DNA from: Eledone cirrhosa
Taxonomy: Eukaryota
DNA: 64,000 nt
Direction: 5' to 3'
NCBI GenBank assembly: GCA_964016885.1
Contig: OZ024746.1
Coordinates: 64,170,001-64,234,000, forward strand
The position numbers and the translations under genes are program-made. Shown here in pieces: positions 1 to 12,349 of the stretch. The notes below the pieces were generated by a model. The model was not told the origin of the DNA. It searched no databases and saw only the letters and a program-made list of their open reading frames with translations. Within the stretch, counting starts at the first letter, position 1. Every line of letters starts with the position of its first letter.

Positions 1-7
1 TTGTCAT

Positions 8-1950
8 TTATCTGGTCGAGATCAGAGATGAGAGAGCAGTGAGGTCCTGGGTACTGAGTTTTAGGGCACGTTGGATTCCATTGTCAATTAGTGATGCAGG
101 GTAGTCCCTGTCTATGAGTGTGTCCTTTAGTTCTTGTAGCCGTAAGTAACAGGTGTTTTTATTGGAGACTATAGTACAGATTCTCTTGGCTAAGTTGTAG
201 GGAATATTAATTTTAACGTGTCTAGGGTGGCAAGAGTTGAAAGGAAGATATTGCTTGGAGTCTGTGGGCTTGTAGTATATGTCTGTTTCTATTTTTTTGT
301 TATGAATCTTAATGAGGATGTCGAGGAAGGGAAGTTGTTGATGGCTGTATTCCACCGTAAAGTTAATATTCGTGTTGAGCCCATTTATAAGGGTGTGAAA
401 TTCTTTAAGTTTCTCGATGTTTTCGTGCCAAAGGATGAAGCAGTCATCTAGATATCGCTTCCAGTTCTTTTCTATGTGTAAGTGGGGAGTGTTTCCAAAT
501 TTGTTTAGTACTTTAGTGTAGAGGGTGATTTCCAGGTATCCCATGACTAGGTTGGCATAAGTGGGGACTGTTTTCGTTCCCATAGCGGTCCCAGATTTCT
601 GCCTGTAGGGTTTGTTATTGAAAACGAAGTAATTGTTCTTCAAGATAAATTTGAGTCCTTCTATCACGAATTCTTTTTTGATGCGTTGTGGGAGTTCATT
701 GTGGTAATTATCCAGCCAGAATTGGATAGCTTCTGTCGATAGGTTCTGTCGGTTTTTAATCTATTTAATTCTTCCCATTCTTTCTTGTTGAGGTTTGGCT
801 TGTGTTTTTGTCTGTGCAAGTGTTGGTAAGGAAAGTTTGTGATGTGTTCACAGAATTCGTCCAGGATTTTATTTCTACCTTTTGATGGGGTGTAGTTGCT
901 TCTATTTCTGGCTAATGATTCATCCTCATTGTACTGGTCGAATAGTTCTTCACTGAGTCGTAACTTTCTACAGAAGTCTGTGATGTATTCCTTCATTTCA
1001 TAGTAGTTAGGGGGGGGGGGGGGGGTCGGTGTGAATTTAAGACCTTTGGAGAGTAAGTTGATAAGGTTGGGAGTTGGTTCTGCACTAGTTAGATTGATAA
1101 TTTTTATTACTCTCGGTTTCTCCTCCCTGTCTTGTGTTATTTTGTTTGCCTGTATCTGAGTGCTGTCTCTAAAAAATGGTTGGGGTAGAGGGGTTGTCTG
1201 CTGATGTTAAGTGGTCTCCTGTGTTTGTTATATTCCTTGTTGTTGTAAAATGTGGTTCAGGTTCGGGTTTATGGATTGAATGGGGTATTTCTGTATTGCG
1301 AGTATGGATGTGTGTTTCTATGTGCTATGTTGGATTGTGGTGTTATAGGTGGCCTATGTTGTTGGTTGTATCGTGTGGTGTGGGTTTGTTGTGTATTGTG
1401 GAAGCGAGAGTTGAGAAAATGGAAATTACCTTGCTGTCCCCTTGTAGCGGGGAAGTTGTTACATCTATCATGGTGGTGATATCTTTTCCCTATGTTTGAC
1501 GATGAGGCATCCGCATAGTAGTTGAGTGATTTGGTATGGTGTCTCCTTGAAGAGGGAAAATTGTAAATGTCATTCTGGGGGTGATGATTTCTAGGGTTTT
1601 TGTTAATTCTTATGGAAGCGAGGTTGGGAAGTTCATCTTCGGTGTGGTGCTTCCTTCTTCTTTTGTTAGTAGCTGGGGGGTTTGCGAAGTTGTTGTGCGG
1701 TTCGGTTATGGGTTTTCCTATTTTTATGAACAGGTTATTGGAGGTGTAATCCGTTTGAAAAATCGATTCATAATTTAGGAACCAAGCGGCACTTTTTTCT
1801 CAGCGTTGAAGGGATTTCAGTTCTTCTCTGTTGCAGTCCCCTTTCCATAATTTAGAGATCTTCTCTACCTTGGGGCCTTCAGTCTTATTGTTGATTTCCA
1901 GGAGGATCTCTTCATCGATGGTTTTGAATTTATATATATCTAGGGTAGGT
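8..1950 (-). mobile_element. Degraded Penelope-like element (PLE): N-terminal region plus partial RT/thumb, with an internal deletion and no GIY-YIG seen
   Basis: ORF 8..667 has PLE RT motifs (GTAMG..YANLVMG, RYLDDCF, LPFLDI, YYKPTD..QYL.FNSCHP.HVK.NIPY). Near 1030-1100 the minus strand reads IINL..LLSKGLKFTPTP, and ORF 664..996 has FCRKLRL..NLNKKE..L..LKTD, both typical upstream PLE motifs. The upstream boundary is approximate. Confidence 0.85.
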
Positions 1951-1954
1951 AACA

Positions 1955-2390
1955 TTCCCAAGATCCATGGATGAGTTCTCTTCACCGGTCTCTGTCCTTC
2001 ATCATCGCTGCCATGTCCTGCATCTCCAAGAGACCTGTGTCTGTCCTTAGGGCATCAACATATGTCAACCTTGGTCTTCCTCTTCTAGTGTGTCCATGTA
2101 GGGGATTCCACAGGAGCACTGAGTGTAGTGTCAACTCTGAATGTCGGTGAGCATGTCCAGCTAACCTCAGTCTCCTCTGTGTTACTTTCGAGCTGACTTT
2201 TGAGAGGCTCCCATACAGCTCTGAGTTATTCATCCTCAGTGTATACTGATTAATATTCAGAGCCATCCTCAGCATTCTCGTGTAGCACCCATCCACCATC
2301 TGAGTGAGTTTCTTGGTCAGTGTCCAAGTCTCAGATCTGTACAGTAGCACAGAATCCACTGTTGTAACGAAGATATCGATCTTCAGGTTT
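1955..2390 (-). mobile_element. RTE-clade LINE 3' fragment (family 2)
   Basis: Encodes VLLYRSETWTL..RMLRMALNI..QRRLRLAGH..RRGRPR. Near-identical in sequence to 28650-29070. Confidence 0.85.
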
Positions 2391-2513
2391 TTATCATTGC
2401 AGTGGACTATATATATATATATATATATAATCAAATGAAGCAATGGAGTAAAGGACACGCGTTGTTCCCTGTAATATAATGAGCTCAATGAAAATTTTCT
2501 GGGCTCTTCAAAA

Positions 2514-2727
2514 TATATATGAGAGAATACATGAACAGAACATGCTTTTTCATTACAAGGTATTTTTACCACCAGAGTGAAAGACAGATAAACTCTGTAA
2601 GGTACAAGAAAAACATTATAATCAAATAGATTAATAAATTTAAAAGAGTACCTCCATAACTATTGTTATGGAGGTACCCTGTAATGAAAAGGCATGTTCT
2701 TTTCGTGTATTCTCTCCAATATATATA
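2514..2727. repeat. Imperfect inverted repeat (~50 bp arms) with an internal hairpin, flanked by (TA)n
   Basis: gagagaatacatgaacagaacatgctttttcattacaaggta (2521-2562) is reverse-complementary to taccctgtaatgaaaaggcatgttcttttcgtgtattctctc (2675-2716). Internal hairpin gtacctccataac-tatt-gttatggaggtac. Confidence 0.75.
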
Positions 2728-4091
2728 TCTGCAAAAAATGCACCATTCAACAATGTAAACAAAAGGGACAGACAAGTAAATCTGTCATCAGCTATTGTAT
2801 GTGACTGAAACACATTTAGAGCCAAAGAATAGAACCATTTGCCTGAATACCCATAACTATAAAATAACCACCAGAGATGATAAGTACAACAAATAAGAAA
2901 AAGACATTGGATGAAAAAAAATGGCTGAAAAAAAATGACTGAAAAAAAATCAATAAAAAGAAAAAAATAGGACTGGAGTTTTTTTAATTTTTTTTATAGA
3001 AGATGAGGAAGAGGATAAGAGGAAAACAAGAACAGTTAAACAATAAGATTTATGATTGAGCTTAACTAAAACAAAATCAAGAAAGACTTAAACATTAAAG
3101 TCTTTCAACTGAGAAAGAAAGAGAATGTATGTAAGAGGTACGTAACAATAATGCGTTATTAAATATAGACTTATGTCTGACAAGGGAGAAAGCATATATT
3201 GCCACTGTTGTTCTCAGCTCTTCTGATGGTTTCATACGAATGAGACAGTGCTAGTCATTTTTATATAAAATAAATATATATATAGATAGTTAGACAGTAA
3301 CTGTGACATGATCACACAAGATCTATCTATGTTTATTGTGCATAATGTATTATATATGCTTTCATATTATATAAATCACCATACTACTAATATATATATA
3401 TATATGTGTGGGTGTCAATTTAAGTAGAGAGAAATCTCTGATGAAAAAAATACAACAAATGGCCCCAAACCAGAATAAATGATGAATCATTATTACAGCT
3501 TTATAAACCAACTGGTGACAAAGAGTATGGAATAAAAATCAAAACTATAATTTTTTTATTTTCTTCTCCTTCTCCTGAGATTGAAAAAGATTGCCCTATT
3601 TGTTTCAGTTTGACTAACTGATAAAATACCTTAAGGAGAGGAGAAAATTGTAAAATAATGATTATCATGAATTTTACAGCTTTTTTTGTCAATCGGTCTG
3701 TCACCATTAATGAGAGTGATGGTTAAATATCCCTCAGTTATGTCATGAATATGGTTTTATAACAGTATTTCTTTCCTAATTAATGTTAAGTACACTGTGA
3801 AGTGGAAGTATTAACAATAGGTGGTGTCCAATGTGCCAAGCTTGTCAAATACAATGAATGTTAATAACACAACATAACTACATACAACATTTTGGAATCA
3901 GTAGAACCTTAGTTATTCAGATACCATTCCTTTTCTCTTCAGTTAGGAGTACTCATCTGTTATAATTAATGTTGTTGCTCTATTAGTAAGCTGTGTTTAT
4001 ATATTTGTAACTCCAAATAACAACAAAAAGAAAACCAGAGGCTTCAAGTTTTCACTTTTTCATTGTAGTATGAATCTGAACATAACTTTAA

Positions 4092-5206
4092 CCCTTTAGC
4101 ATTTAAACTGGCCATATCCGGCCATAATTCTCTCACCTCTTTCTGTTCAAACCGGCTGTAATCAGCCACTCATACTGATGTTAAGGTATTGTTCTCAAAA
4201 TAAATAACATCAAAATCTTATAGACTCAATATTATGTGAGATAATTATCTATATATATAAAACTGAGGATGTCTGTCTGTGTGTGTGTGTGAGTTTGAAT
4301 CCCTAAAACTCGAGAACCACCCAACCGACTGTTTTCAAACTTTACACATGTAATACTTATGTTTCAGGGAGTGTTCTGAGCAAAAATAAAATAAAATGTT
4401 CAATGCCCTAGGGACCGCATTAGGCGATTTAGCGATCTCTCTCTGTAATTCTTAGTCTTTCTCTTTTTAGATACATACATATAACGTCGCGCCCTTATAA
4501 TAACTGTCTGTATGTCTGGCTGTCTGCATTACGTCACTTCCCTGAGGATGTTTGTCCCTGTGTGTGTCTGTGAGTTTGAATCCCTAAAACTCGAGAAGTA
4601 CCCAACCAACTTTTTTCAAGGAGTGTTATGCACATAAAGAATTCAACCTTTTGATCCTCTAGGGCCCCCATTAGGTGAAAAACTGCGTTTTTTCAGGTTT
4701 TTAGGGTTTTTTTTTAGGCGTTACGTCAGACTGATTTCCTTGAAATTGTAACTATGTATTAGTCAGTCTCTTCTTCATACCGTGAGCAACGAAAATCCAA
4801 CTTTTTTATGGCCTAGGGCCCGCATTAGGTGAAAAACTTCATTTTTTCAGCTTTTTAGGGCTTTTTTGAGGCGTTGCGTCTAGCCGATTTTCCCGAAATT
4901 TCAAGGCATATTATTCATATTAAAAAAATTCATTTTCATGATCCCCTAGGGCCTGCATTAGGTAAAAACCTGCATTTTTCCTGTTTCATTGAGGAAAATC
5001 TTAAAGATTATCCAGCCATCAGAGTATTCGGTTTATTTTCTTTACATATTGTCCAGGCATGCAGTTTTTCCATGATTAGATCTGTTGGCAGCCCACGTTC
5101 CAAAATACCTTATCCCGTGCAACGTCGGGTACCACTGCTAGTGTAAAATAAAGCCTTTACCACAAAAATACAATAGTATATATAGAGTAATGTAAATGCT
5201 AAAGGG
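4092..5206. mobile_element. Non-autonomous piggyBac-type MITE, interrupted by a Helitron
   Basis: TTAA|CCCTTTAGCATTTA ... TAAATGCTAAAGGG|TTAA: 14-bp TIR with TTAA target duplication. Confidence 0.85.
4248..5141 (+). mobile_element. Non-autonomous Helitron
   Basis: 5' A|TCTATATATATAAA. 3' subterminal hairpin cccgtgcaacgtcggg followed by CTAG|T. Inserted between A and T with no TSD. Internal direct repeats at 4263 and 4542, and ctaggg..cattagg four times. Confidence 0.8.
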
Positions 5207-5240
5207 TTAATTCATATACTACAAACCAGTCTCATCATGG

Positions 5241-5420
5241 TGGTGGATTGGCAGTATCGGTAGAGGGTCGGACACCATACTTTCCAGCATAGTTATGTCC
5301 CTTTACAGTCTGAGTCAGCCGAGTTTAACTTTGTCTTTCATCATTACGGGGTCGACAAAATAAAGTACCAGTAATGTACTGGGTAATTGCTGGCCTTGTA
5401 CCAAAAGTAGAAACAATTAT
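5241..5420 (+). mobile_element. tRNA-derived SINE family A (~185 bp)
   Basis: ggtggattggcagtatcggtagagggtcgg..gcctttcatcc..ggggtcgataaaataaagtaccag..agtagaaacaatta consensus, repeated more than 12 times in the window. A partial inverted copy lies at 5644-5742. Confidence 0.85.
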
Positions 5421-5848
5421 TATCATTATCAGTCATCAGACATAATCACAGTTTTTATCATCCTCTTCATAAACCCCCCACACCCTCATCATAAATCCTC
5501 CTCATCCTCTTCATCATCATCATCACAAGACAACAGGCTGTACCACTCTATGAATAAATGGCTCTGAGAGTTCCCCATACTTTGAGGAAGAGAATTTTAA
5601 GTTCCAAAATATTAGGATGAATGGAAAAAAAATGGTAATAATAATTGTTTCTACTTTTGGCACAAGGCCAGCAATTATCCCAGTACATTACTGGTACTTT
5701 ATTTTATCGACCCCGTAAGGATGAAAGGCAATGTTAACCTTAAAAAAGATAATAATGATAAATACCAGATAACTAACTTTTTCGTTGCCTTCGTTTCATC
5801 GTCCATTTTACATTAGCTTAGCCTTCTTAAATATATCACTTTCTTCAT

Positions 5849-6175
5849 TATATATATATATTTATGTTTATATATTTATATATGTATGTTTATATATGTG
5901 TGTTTATATATGTGTGTATATATATATATGTTTATGAGAATGTTTATACATGTTCGTATCTATAAGCATATATATATTTATATATATATATATATATATA
6001 TACTCTTTTACTCTTTTACCTGTTTCAGCCATCCGTGTATGTGTATATATGTTTATATATGTTTATGTGTGTGTCTATATATGTTTGTGTGTGTTTATAT
6101 ATATATGTATATGTATATGTATATATATATGTATAGGTATATATATATGTATATGTATATGTATATATATGTATA
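5849..6175. repeat. (TA)n/(TG)n/(TATG)n microsatellite
   Basis: Direct reading. Confidence 0.95.
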
Positions 6176-6177
6176 GT

Positions 6178-6602
6178 TTCAATGTAAAGTTATGTTGGTG
6201 CCACAACATCCAGGCCGAAACAAATGAGATCGTGTAGGTGTCACGACAAAAAAAAAAACACACAGTCCACGCTGTAATGTGGCCGTGTAGGCAACACGGT
6301 AAAAACCTCCCAGTCCCACACTGTAAATGTGGTTGGTGTTAGGAAGGGCATCCAGCTGTAGAAAACCCGCTAGACAGTCCACGCTGTAATGTGGCCGTGT
6401 AGGCAACACGGTAAAAACCTCCCAGCCCCTCAATGTAAATGTGGTTGGTGTTAGGAAGGGCATCCAGCTGTAGAAAACCTGCCAGACAGTCCTATACGAG
6501 CAAGACAACCACTCTTGCCTCAAGTGGGAAAACTCCCGTCCAAACCCATGCAAGCGTGGAACATGGACGTTAAACGATGATGATGATGATGATGATGATG
6601 AT
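6178..6602 (+). mobile_element. SINE-like family C with RTE-type 3' tail and (GAT)n end
   Basis: Near-identical to 42691-43107. Internal ~105-bp tandem duplication (cagtccacgctgtaatgtggccgtgtagg...cagctgtagaaaacc). Ends acccatgcaagcgtggaacatggacgttaaacgatgat. Confidence 0.8.
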
Positions 6603-6670
6603 GTATATGTATATATATATGTATATGTATATGTATATATATATGTATATGCATATATATATATATATTA

Positions 6671-8813
6671 CTGCAGGCTACTGAAGAAACTTGTGGTTGG
6701 GACAGAGAGTGACCTGGTTATGGAACAGCATGGTAGATAGGGCCATTAGAGACAAAAGACTGGCATGGAAAGCTTGGAAAAATGGTGAGAGTAGAGACGG
6801 ATACACAGCTGCTAAGAGAGAAGCTAGACATCAGGTGTACTTAGCACGCAGGAAGGCTGAGAGTAGGAGGTTTGCCAATGTTCTGCGATGGGAAGATCAG
6901 AGACGTGTGGTGTTCTGCATTGCAAGACAGGGTGTCAGTGCAAATCAGGATGTTGTTGGGGATAAGTGTGTCCGGAATGATGCCGGTGTACTAGTGTCAC
7001 GAATGATCAAAAGAAGGAGGCCTGGATATGTCATTATGAGAGACTGATGAATGTGGAGAACAAATGGGACAGAGAAATTACCCCCAGTAGACTCAACAGA
7101 GGACCAGCTATTGAGATTGACGAATATAGGGTACGAGAAGCAATTAAGGAAATGAAGAATGGTAAGGCTGCTGGACTGTCAGGGATAGTTGCTGAGATGC
7201 TGAAGGCATCAGGAGAAGTAGGCACTAAACTAGTTGCACACATCATTAATCAAGCTATATATGGTGATGTCATACCAAAAGACTGGTGTAGCAGTATCCT
7301 CATAAATTGCTACAAAGGTAAAGGGACTGCTCTAGAGGGGAGCAATTATAGGGGTATAAAGCTGATGAATCAGGTTATGAAAGTGGCAGAGAGAATATCA
7401 GACAACTGATTAGAGAAAGGGTCAATTTAGATGAGATGCAGTTTGGTTTTGTGCCTCGGAAAAGTACAACAGATGCTCTCTTCTTAGTGAGGCAACTACA
7501 AGAGAGGTTCTTAGAGAAGAATAAGCCACTAAACTTAACTTTTGTTGACTTAGAGAAGGCCTTTGATAGGGTACTCCGATCTGTCATCTGGTGGACCCTA
7601 AGGAAACTAGGTGTAGAGGAATGGCTTGTGAAGACAGTGCAAGCTATGTACTGGGGTGCTGTCAGTAAAGTGAGAATAGGAATGGAGTTTAGTGAGGAAT
7701 TCCAGATACAAGTAGGTGTACATCAAGGTTCGGTCCTCAGCCTGCTCTTGTTCATTATAGTCCTCCAAGCCATAACAGAGGAGTTTAAGACTGGCTGCCC
7801 ATGGGAACTTCTCTATGCTGATGATCTGGTTCTTATAGCAGAATCAGTAGAGGAGCTAGAGAATAAATTCTGGCTATGGAAACAGCAGTTGGAATCAAGA
7901 GGCCTGAGAGTGAACATAGCTAAAACAAAAGTGTTGATGAGTAGAAGAGAGGACAATCCTCTGATTCCGTCAGGGAAATGGCCATGTTCGATATGTAGGA
8001 AAGGAACTGGCATAATTTCCATAAAATGTACGCAATGCAGATCTTGAGTACACAAGAGATGTGTAGTGGGATAGCAGGCAAACTAACAGGAGGGGAAAAC
8101 TATGTGTGCAGTAATGTACAGGGAAAGTTGGCAGTAGTAATCGCTATGATAGACACATTTTTCCAATGCAGGTGGCTTCTATAGAACTGGTTGATAGCTT
8201 CCGGTACCTAGGGGATAAGATTAGCATGGGAGGGGGGGTGTTCTGAGGACATATTATCTAGAATAAGAACGGGTTGGAAGAAGTTTAGGGAGCTGCTTCC
8301 TCTGTTGACAAAGAAGTGTTTCGCCCTGCATACGAAAGGACGGTTATATGATGCCTGTGTGAGATGCGCGATGCTGCATGGTAGTGAGACATGGGAAGCA
8401 ACTGCAGAAAATATGCAACAACTGGAGAAAAATGAAACAAATATGCTCCATTGGATGTGCAATGTCAATGTGCATGAACGACCAAGCATAGACGAGTTGA
8501 GAAAGAAACTGGCTATAAGAGGGATAAATTGTAGTGTGCAGGAGAGAAGGCTGAGATGGTATGGACATGTGATGCACATGGAGGATGACTGCTGGGTGAA
8601 GAAGTGCCAGGAAGTCCCAGTGGAGGGAAGACGCAGTAGAGCTAGACCACGAAAAACATGGGTGGAGATGGTGAGAGCAGACCTCAGATCACTGAAACTT
8701 ACTGAGGAGATGACGAAGGACCGTGACAAGTGGAGAGATGCTGTGCTGAATAGGACCCGTCCAACCCTTGCAAGCAGGGAAAAGCGGACGTAAAATGATG
8801 ATGATGATGATGA
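6671..8813 (+). mobile_element. RTE-clade LINE (family 1), 5'-truncated, with frameshifts and stops
   Basis: RT motifs KNGKAAG, NYRGIKL, QFGF, FVDLEKAFD, GVHQGSVLS, LLYADDLVL; W-PC..C..C..C zinc segment; C-terminal LHGSETW..RRLRWYGHV; (GAT)n tail. Confidence 0.95.
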
Positions 8814-8829
8814 TATATATATAATGTGT

Positions 8830-8889
<60 letters not shown>

Positions 8890-10439
8890 ATATATGTTTA
8901 TATGTGTGTGTATATACACACACACATGCATATATACATACATTCATACATATACAAACATACATACATGCATCTGAAAAGTTAATTTTTTTGTTGGCTA
9001 TATGTTATGATGTTTGCCTGCTGTGTCCAATTGTATGAATATATGTCTGTAAAGGAAATGAAATACAATACTAGAATGACATGATGAGTGATTTGAACAG
9101 GGATCTTAGAGTAATCCCAGAATGTCTTGACAGAAAAATAAATATTTCTTTCCAAAATATTTCTTGAGAATGTTAGTGAGATAATTGATTTGACTTTCCT
9201 AGTCATTTACTACTATTAATGTTCCTGATGGGAATACAGTTCAGCTGAAATCTATACTAAAATGAGCGACTGATAAAATAAACAGAAATAAAATAAATTT
9301 ATTATAGCAAATTGCAAAGGTGGTGGAGTGTAAAACTCTGGCCTTGTGGAAATATTCAGAAATCTTTATTTTAAATTGAAAAATCAGTGGAGTGGGGATA
9401 AAAACTATGGAACATTGTAGAAAAGGTTGGTAGTATTTAGTTGCACATCCTTCTATAATCTGAGTGGATATCTTATTGTGGTTGATTTAACTTTTTTTAT
9501 GTCCCTCTGGATTTGATAAAATATCTAACAGGCTTGCATACACATTGTGAGATCGAATCAATAAGTCATGAATTGGCAGAGTTGTTAGAGCATAAGACAA
9601 AACATCTTGTATTTGTTTCTGCTCTCTGCATTCTGAGTTCAAATCTTACTGAGGTTAACTTCGCTTTCTATCTTTTTAGTGTTGATAAAATAGCAGTCCA
9701 GGATGTTAGAGCATTGGACAAAATGACTTGGGGTATTTGTTCTGGCTATTTATGTTCTGAGTTCAAATGTTGCTGTGGAGTACTCAAGTGGTAGATTTAA
9801 TCAGTTACTCAATTTAACCCGGCCATCTGGTCCTTATGTGCCTTTAACAAAGTCCACCCTCCAATTTGAGAATTATTTCCACCTTCTCTTCCACCTGCTT
9901 CAGTGGCCCTGAAAATAGTTGTGGACTCTGTCCTACCCTCCTTGAGTAAAAGAGTAAAAAGATATATATATATTTTTATAATCTGTGTTAAAATCTCACT
10001 GTTTAGTATTTTTCATCTCACTGGAAGCTGATTAAATAAGTAACAGTCTTGCACATATATTGTGAATTAAAATCATTCAATTATACCATGTTCCTACAAA
10101 ATGTTTCCTTCTGCTAATTGAGAGATATTATCATTATAAATATCTAGAGCAGATCTCAAGGCATGAGTAAGTTTGCTTAATACTTTACATGAAATTACTT
10201 AAATGCTTTCCTATGTTCTCTGAGTTCAGTTAAAACATAAATGCTTGTTATAGGTATTTAGTTTCAACCATCTAGATCAGAAGTTTTCAAACTGTGTGTC
10301 ACATCATTTTAATGCAGAGCTTTCCTAACCTTTCACATTAGTAACACACTTTTGAAAAAAGAAACATTTTCATGGCTCACTAATTAAGTTTAATAGCAAC
10401 ATAAAATTAATTAAATGAATATATATACAATTAAATACT

Positions 10440-11330
10440 TGTTGTGGATCTATGGTAGATGCTTTCATCCTTCACCTACTGTTGTCATGCTGTCACACTG
10501 CCAGGCACTTCCCATACTATGCTGCTATCAATAAGATCATTAAGCATGGTTTGGATGTTGTTGGCTTCTCTTTGCAGTTGAAGCTGATGAGTTTGAACTG
10601 AGATGGCAGCAAAAGGCTAGATGACATCACAATTTTCCTATTTCACAGTGGTAAGTCCATCATCTGGAACACAACATATAGTGACACTTTCTTCAGCAGC
10701 AACACAGTGCTTTCAGGGACAGGCCCAGACTTCATTGCCTGACAAGCTGAAGATCACAAACTGTTGAAGTATCAGCCACTTTCCAATAGGTTTGTTATTG
10801 AACTTATAGCAGTGGACACATCCAGTATTCTTGGTCTCCATACCACCTTCCTGCTCACTGCTATCAGGACAGAGTTGGCCACCAAAAGGAGTGAGCCCTA
10901 AGAGTTGAAATAGCTATTCCAACATATCTCTCTCACTATTCTCTGGGGCAGCGTTTCTCAACCTTTTTACCCTTGTGGAACCCTTGAAATAGGTTCATGT
11001 CTCAGGGAACCCCTAGATAAAAATTATTATATACCATTATTAATATCTATCTCTTATATTGACCTAGTTTTAAATAATATAAGAGGTTGAAGCCTTTCTT
11101 AAAATAACCAAGGATTTTCCAACAATATGCCGTAAATGTATAGTAAAATTACGAATATAAAATTAAACAAAAATTACTTTTTAAAATACATTTATCACTG
11201 GTTCTCGCGGAACCCCTAGCGACCTCTTGCAGAATCCTAGGGTTCCGGGGAACACCGGTTGAGAAACGCTGCTCTGGGGTAACACTTTCTTCATTCTGTT
11301 CACTGGGACCATGAGACTGCTTGTAGTTGG
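10440..11330 (+). mobile_element. Decayed 3' fragment of a CRE-like non-LTR retrotransposon (restriction-like endonuclease region)
   Basis: Hand translation through stops: LLSCCHTARHF..AINKIIKHGL..DGSKRLDDITIF..GKSIIWNTT.SDTF..AEDHKLLKY..IAVDTS.ILG..LFQHISLTIL|WGN. This resembles the remembered CRE pattern LSC..RH..ND.I..DGKRPDG..WD.T..DT..AE..K..KY..AVET.G..QRIS...RGN. Confidence 0.7.
10949..11271. mobile_element. hAT-superfamily MITE (323 bp)
   Basis: Perfect 15-bp TIR CAGCGTTTCTCAACC...GGTTGAGAAACGCTG with 8-bp TSD CTCTGGGG at 10941-10948 and 11272-11279. Confidence 0.92.
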
Positions 11331-11382
11331 AATTCTACATGTTCTCTCACACAACACAAACTCATATTATTGGGGATGTGAT

Positions 11383-11502
11383 GATCTGAGTTCAAATTCC
11401 GCCGAGGTTAACTTTGCCTTTCATCCTTCCGGGGTCGATAGAATAAAGTACCAGTAATGCACTGGTTAATTGCTGGCCTTGTGCCAAAAGTAGAAACAAT
11501 TA
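11383..11502 (+). mobile_element. SINE family A, 5'-truncated
   Basis: Matches the 3' two-thirds of the family A consensus. Confidence 0.8.
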
Positions 11503-12136
11503 TTGGGGTTGTGATGATTGAATATTCTTTCTTAGAAAGTTGGATATATACATTATTTTTTCTTTTTTACCATAGATAGATAGACCATAGCAATATTCAA
11601 TTATTCTAACGTGTTGCCAGATGTGCATCACCAGATGTGTATGTCAAATGTGCATCTCCAGATGTGTGTTGCCAGTCACATGTTACCAGTCACGTGAATA
11701 ATTGTAGACAGAATTTTGAGATCTCAAAATTTACTTAAAAGCCAAATATTCTCAAAAGTTGATCTGATTTGACATAATTCTGTGGCACACCTATTGATTA
11801 TTGGTGACACAGTAAAGGATCAATGACACATTTTGTAAATCACTACTTTTGTGTGTCATCAACAATTTCTAGGTGTATCAAAATTGTATTTACAAATATA
11901 AGTTAACAGTTGGAAAGCTCAACTCTAGATTATGAATTCATGTAGGAGGCCACTAAAATAAGTACCAGTAATATACTGAGGTTGTTGGTATTTATTTTGT
12001 TTAGTTCGACGTCAGACTTTACTGAATAGATTTATGATCAAAGGCATTTAAGCCATAAGCTCCTATCAACCATTCAGTATCTAGGACTACATCATCCAGC
12101 GCGTTCTTCCTTTTTTTATGATGGTAGTATGTATAT

Positions 12137-12260
12137 ATATGAAAAGAGTCAGGACTCGGACGGCTGAGCTCCGGCCGTTTCGACAGCTAGATCCGAACTG
12201 TTGGATCTAGCTGTTGAAACAGCTGGAGCTCAGCCATCGGGGTCCTGACTCTTTTCATAT
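12137..12260. repeat. Near-perfect ~124-bp palindrome between (TA)n tracts
   Basis: atatgaaaagagtcaggac...cagctagatcc-gaactgtt-ggatctagctg...gtcctgactcttttcatat. Confidence 0.9.
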
Positions 12261-12349
12261 TACCCACTCTACTACCCTAAGTATCGAGTACTCTGGTGCA
12301 TTATGATCCACCTGGTATCTTACCACACCTTCTTTGTTATATATATATA

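Larger units (their letters stand above)
10278..11922. mobile_element. Old, degenerate hAT-like non-autonomous element (outer shell)
   Basis: Left end CAGAAGTTTTCAAACTGT; right end ACAGTTGGAAAGCTCAA is an imperfect reverse complement. Flanks (a/c)tctagat look like an 8-bp TSD. Confidence 0.4.

Noticed and set aside
1176-1778. Plus-strand hydrophobic ORFs
   Set aside because: Antisense shadows of the A/C-rich PLE coding strand.
2765-2795. Minus-strand CTGATGA followed by a hairpin
   Set aside because: No GAAA after the stem.
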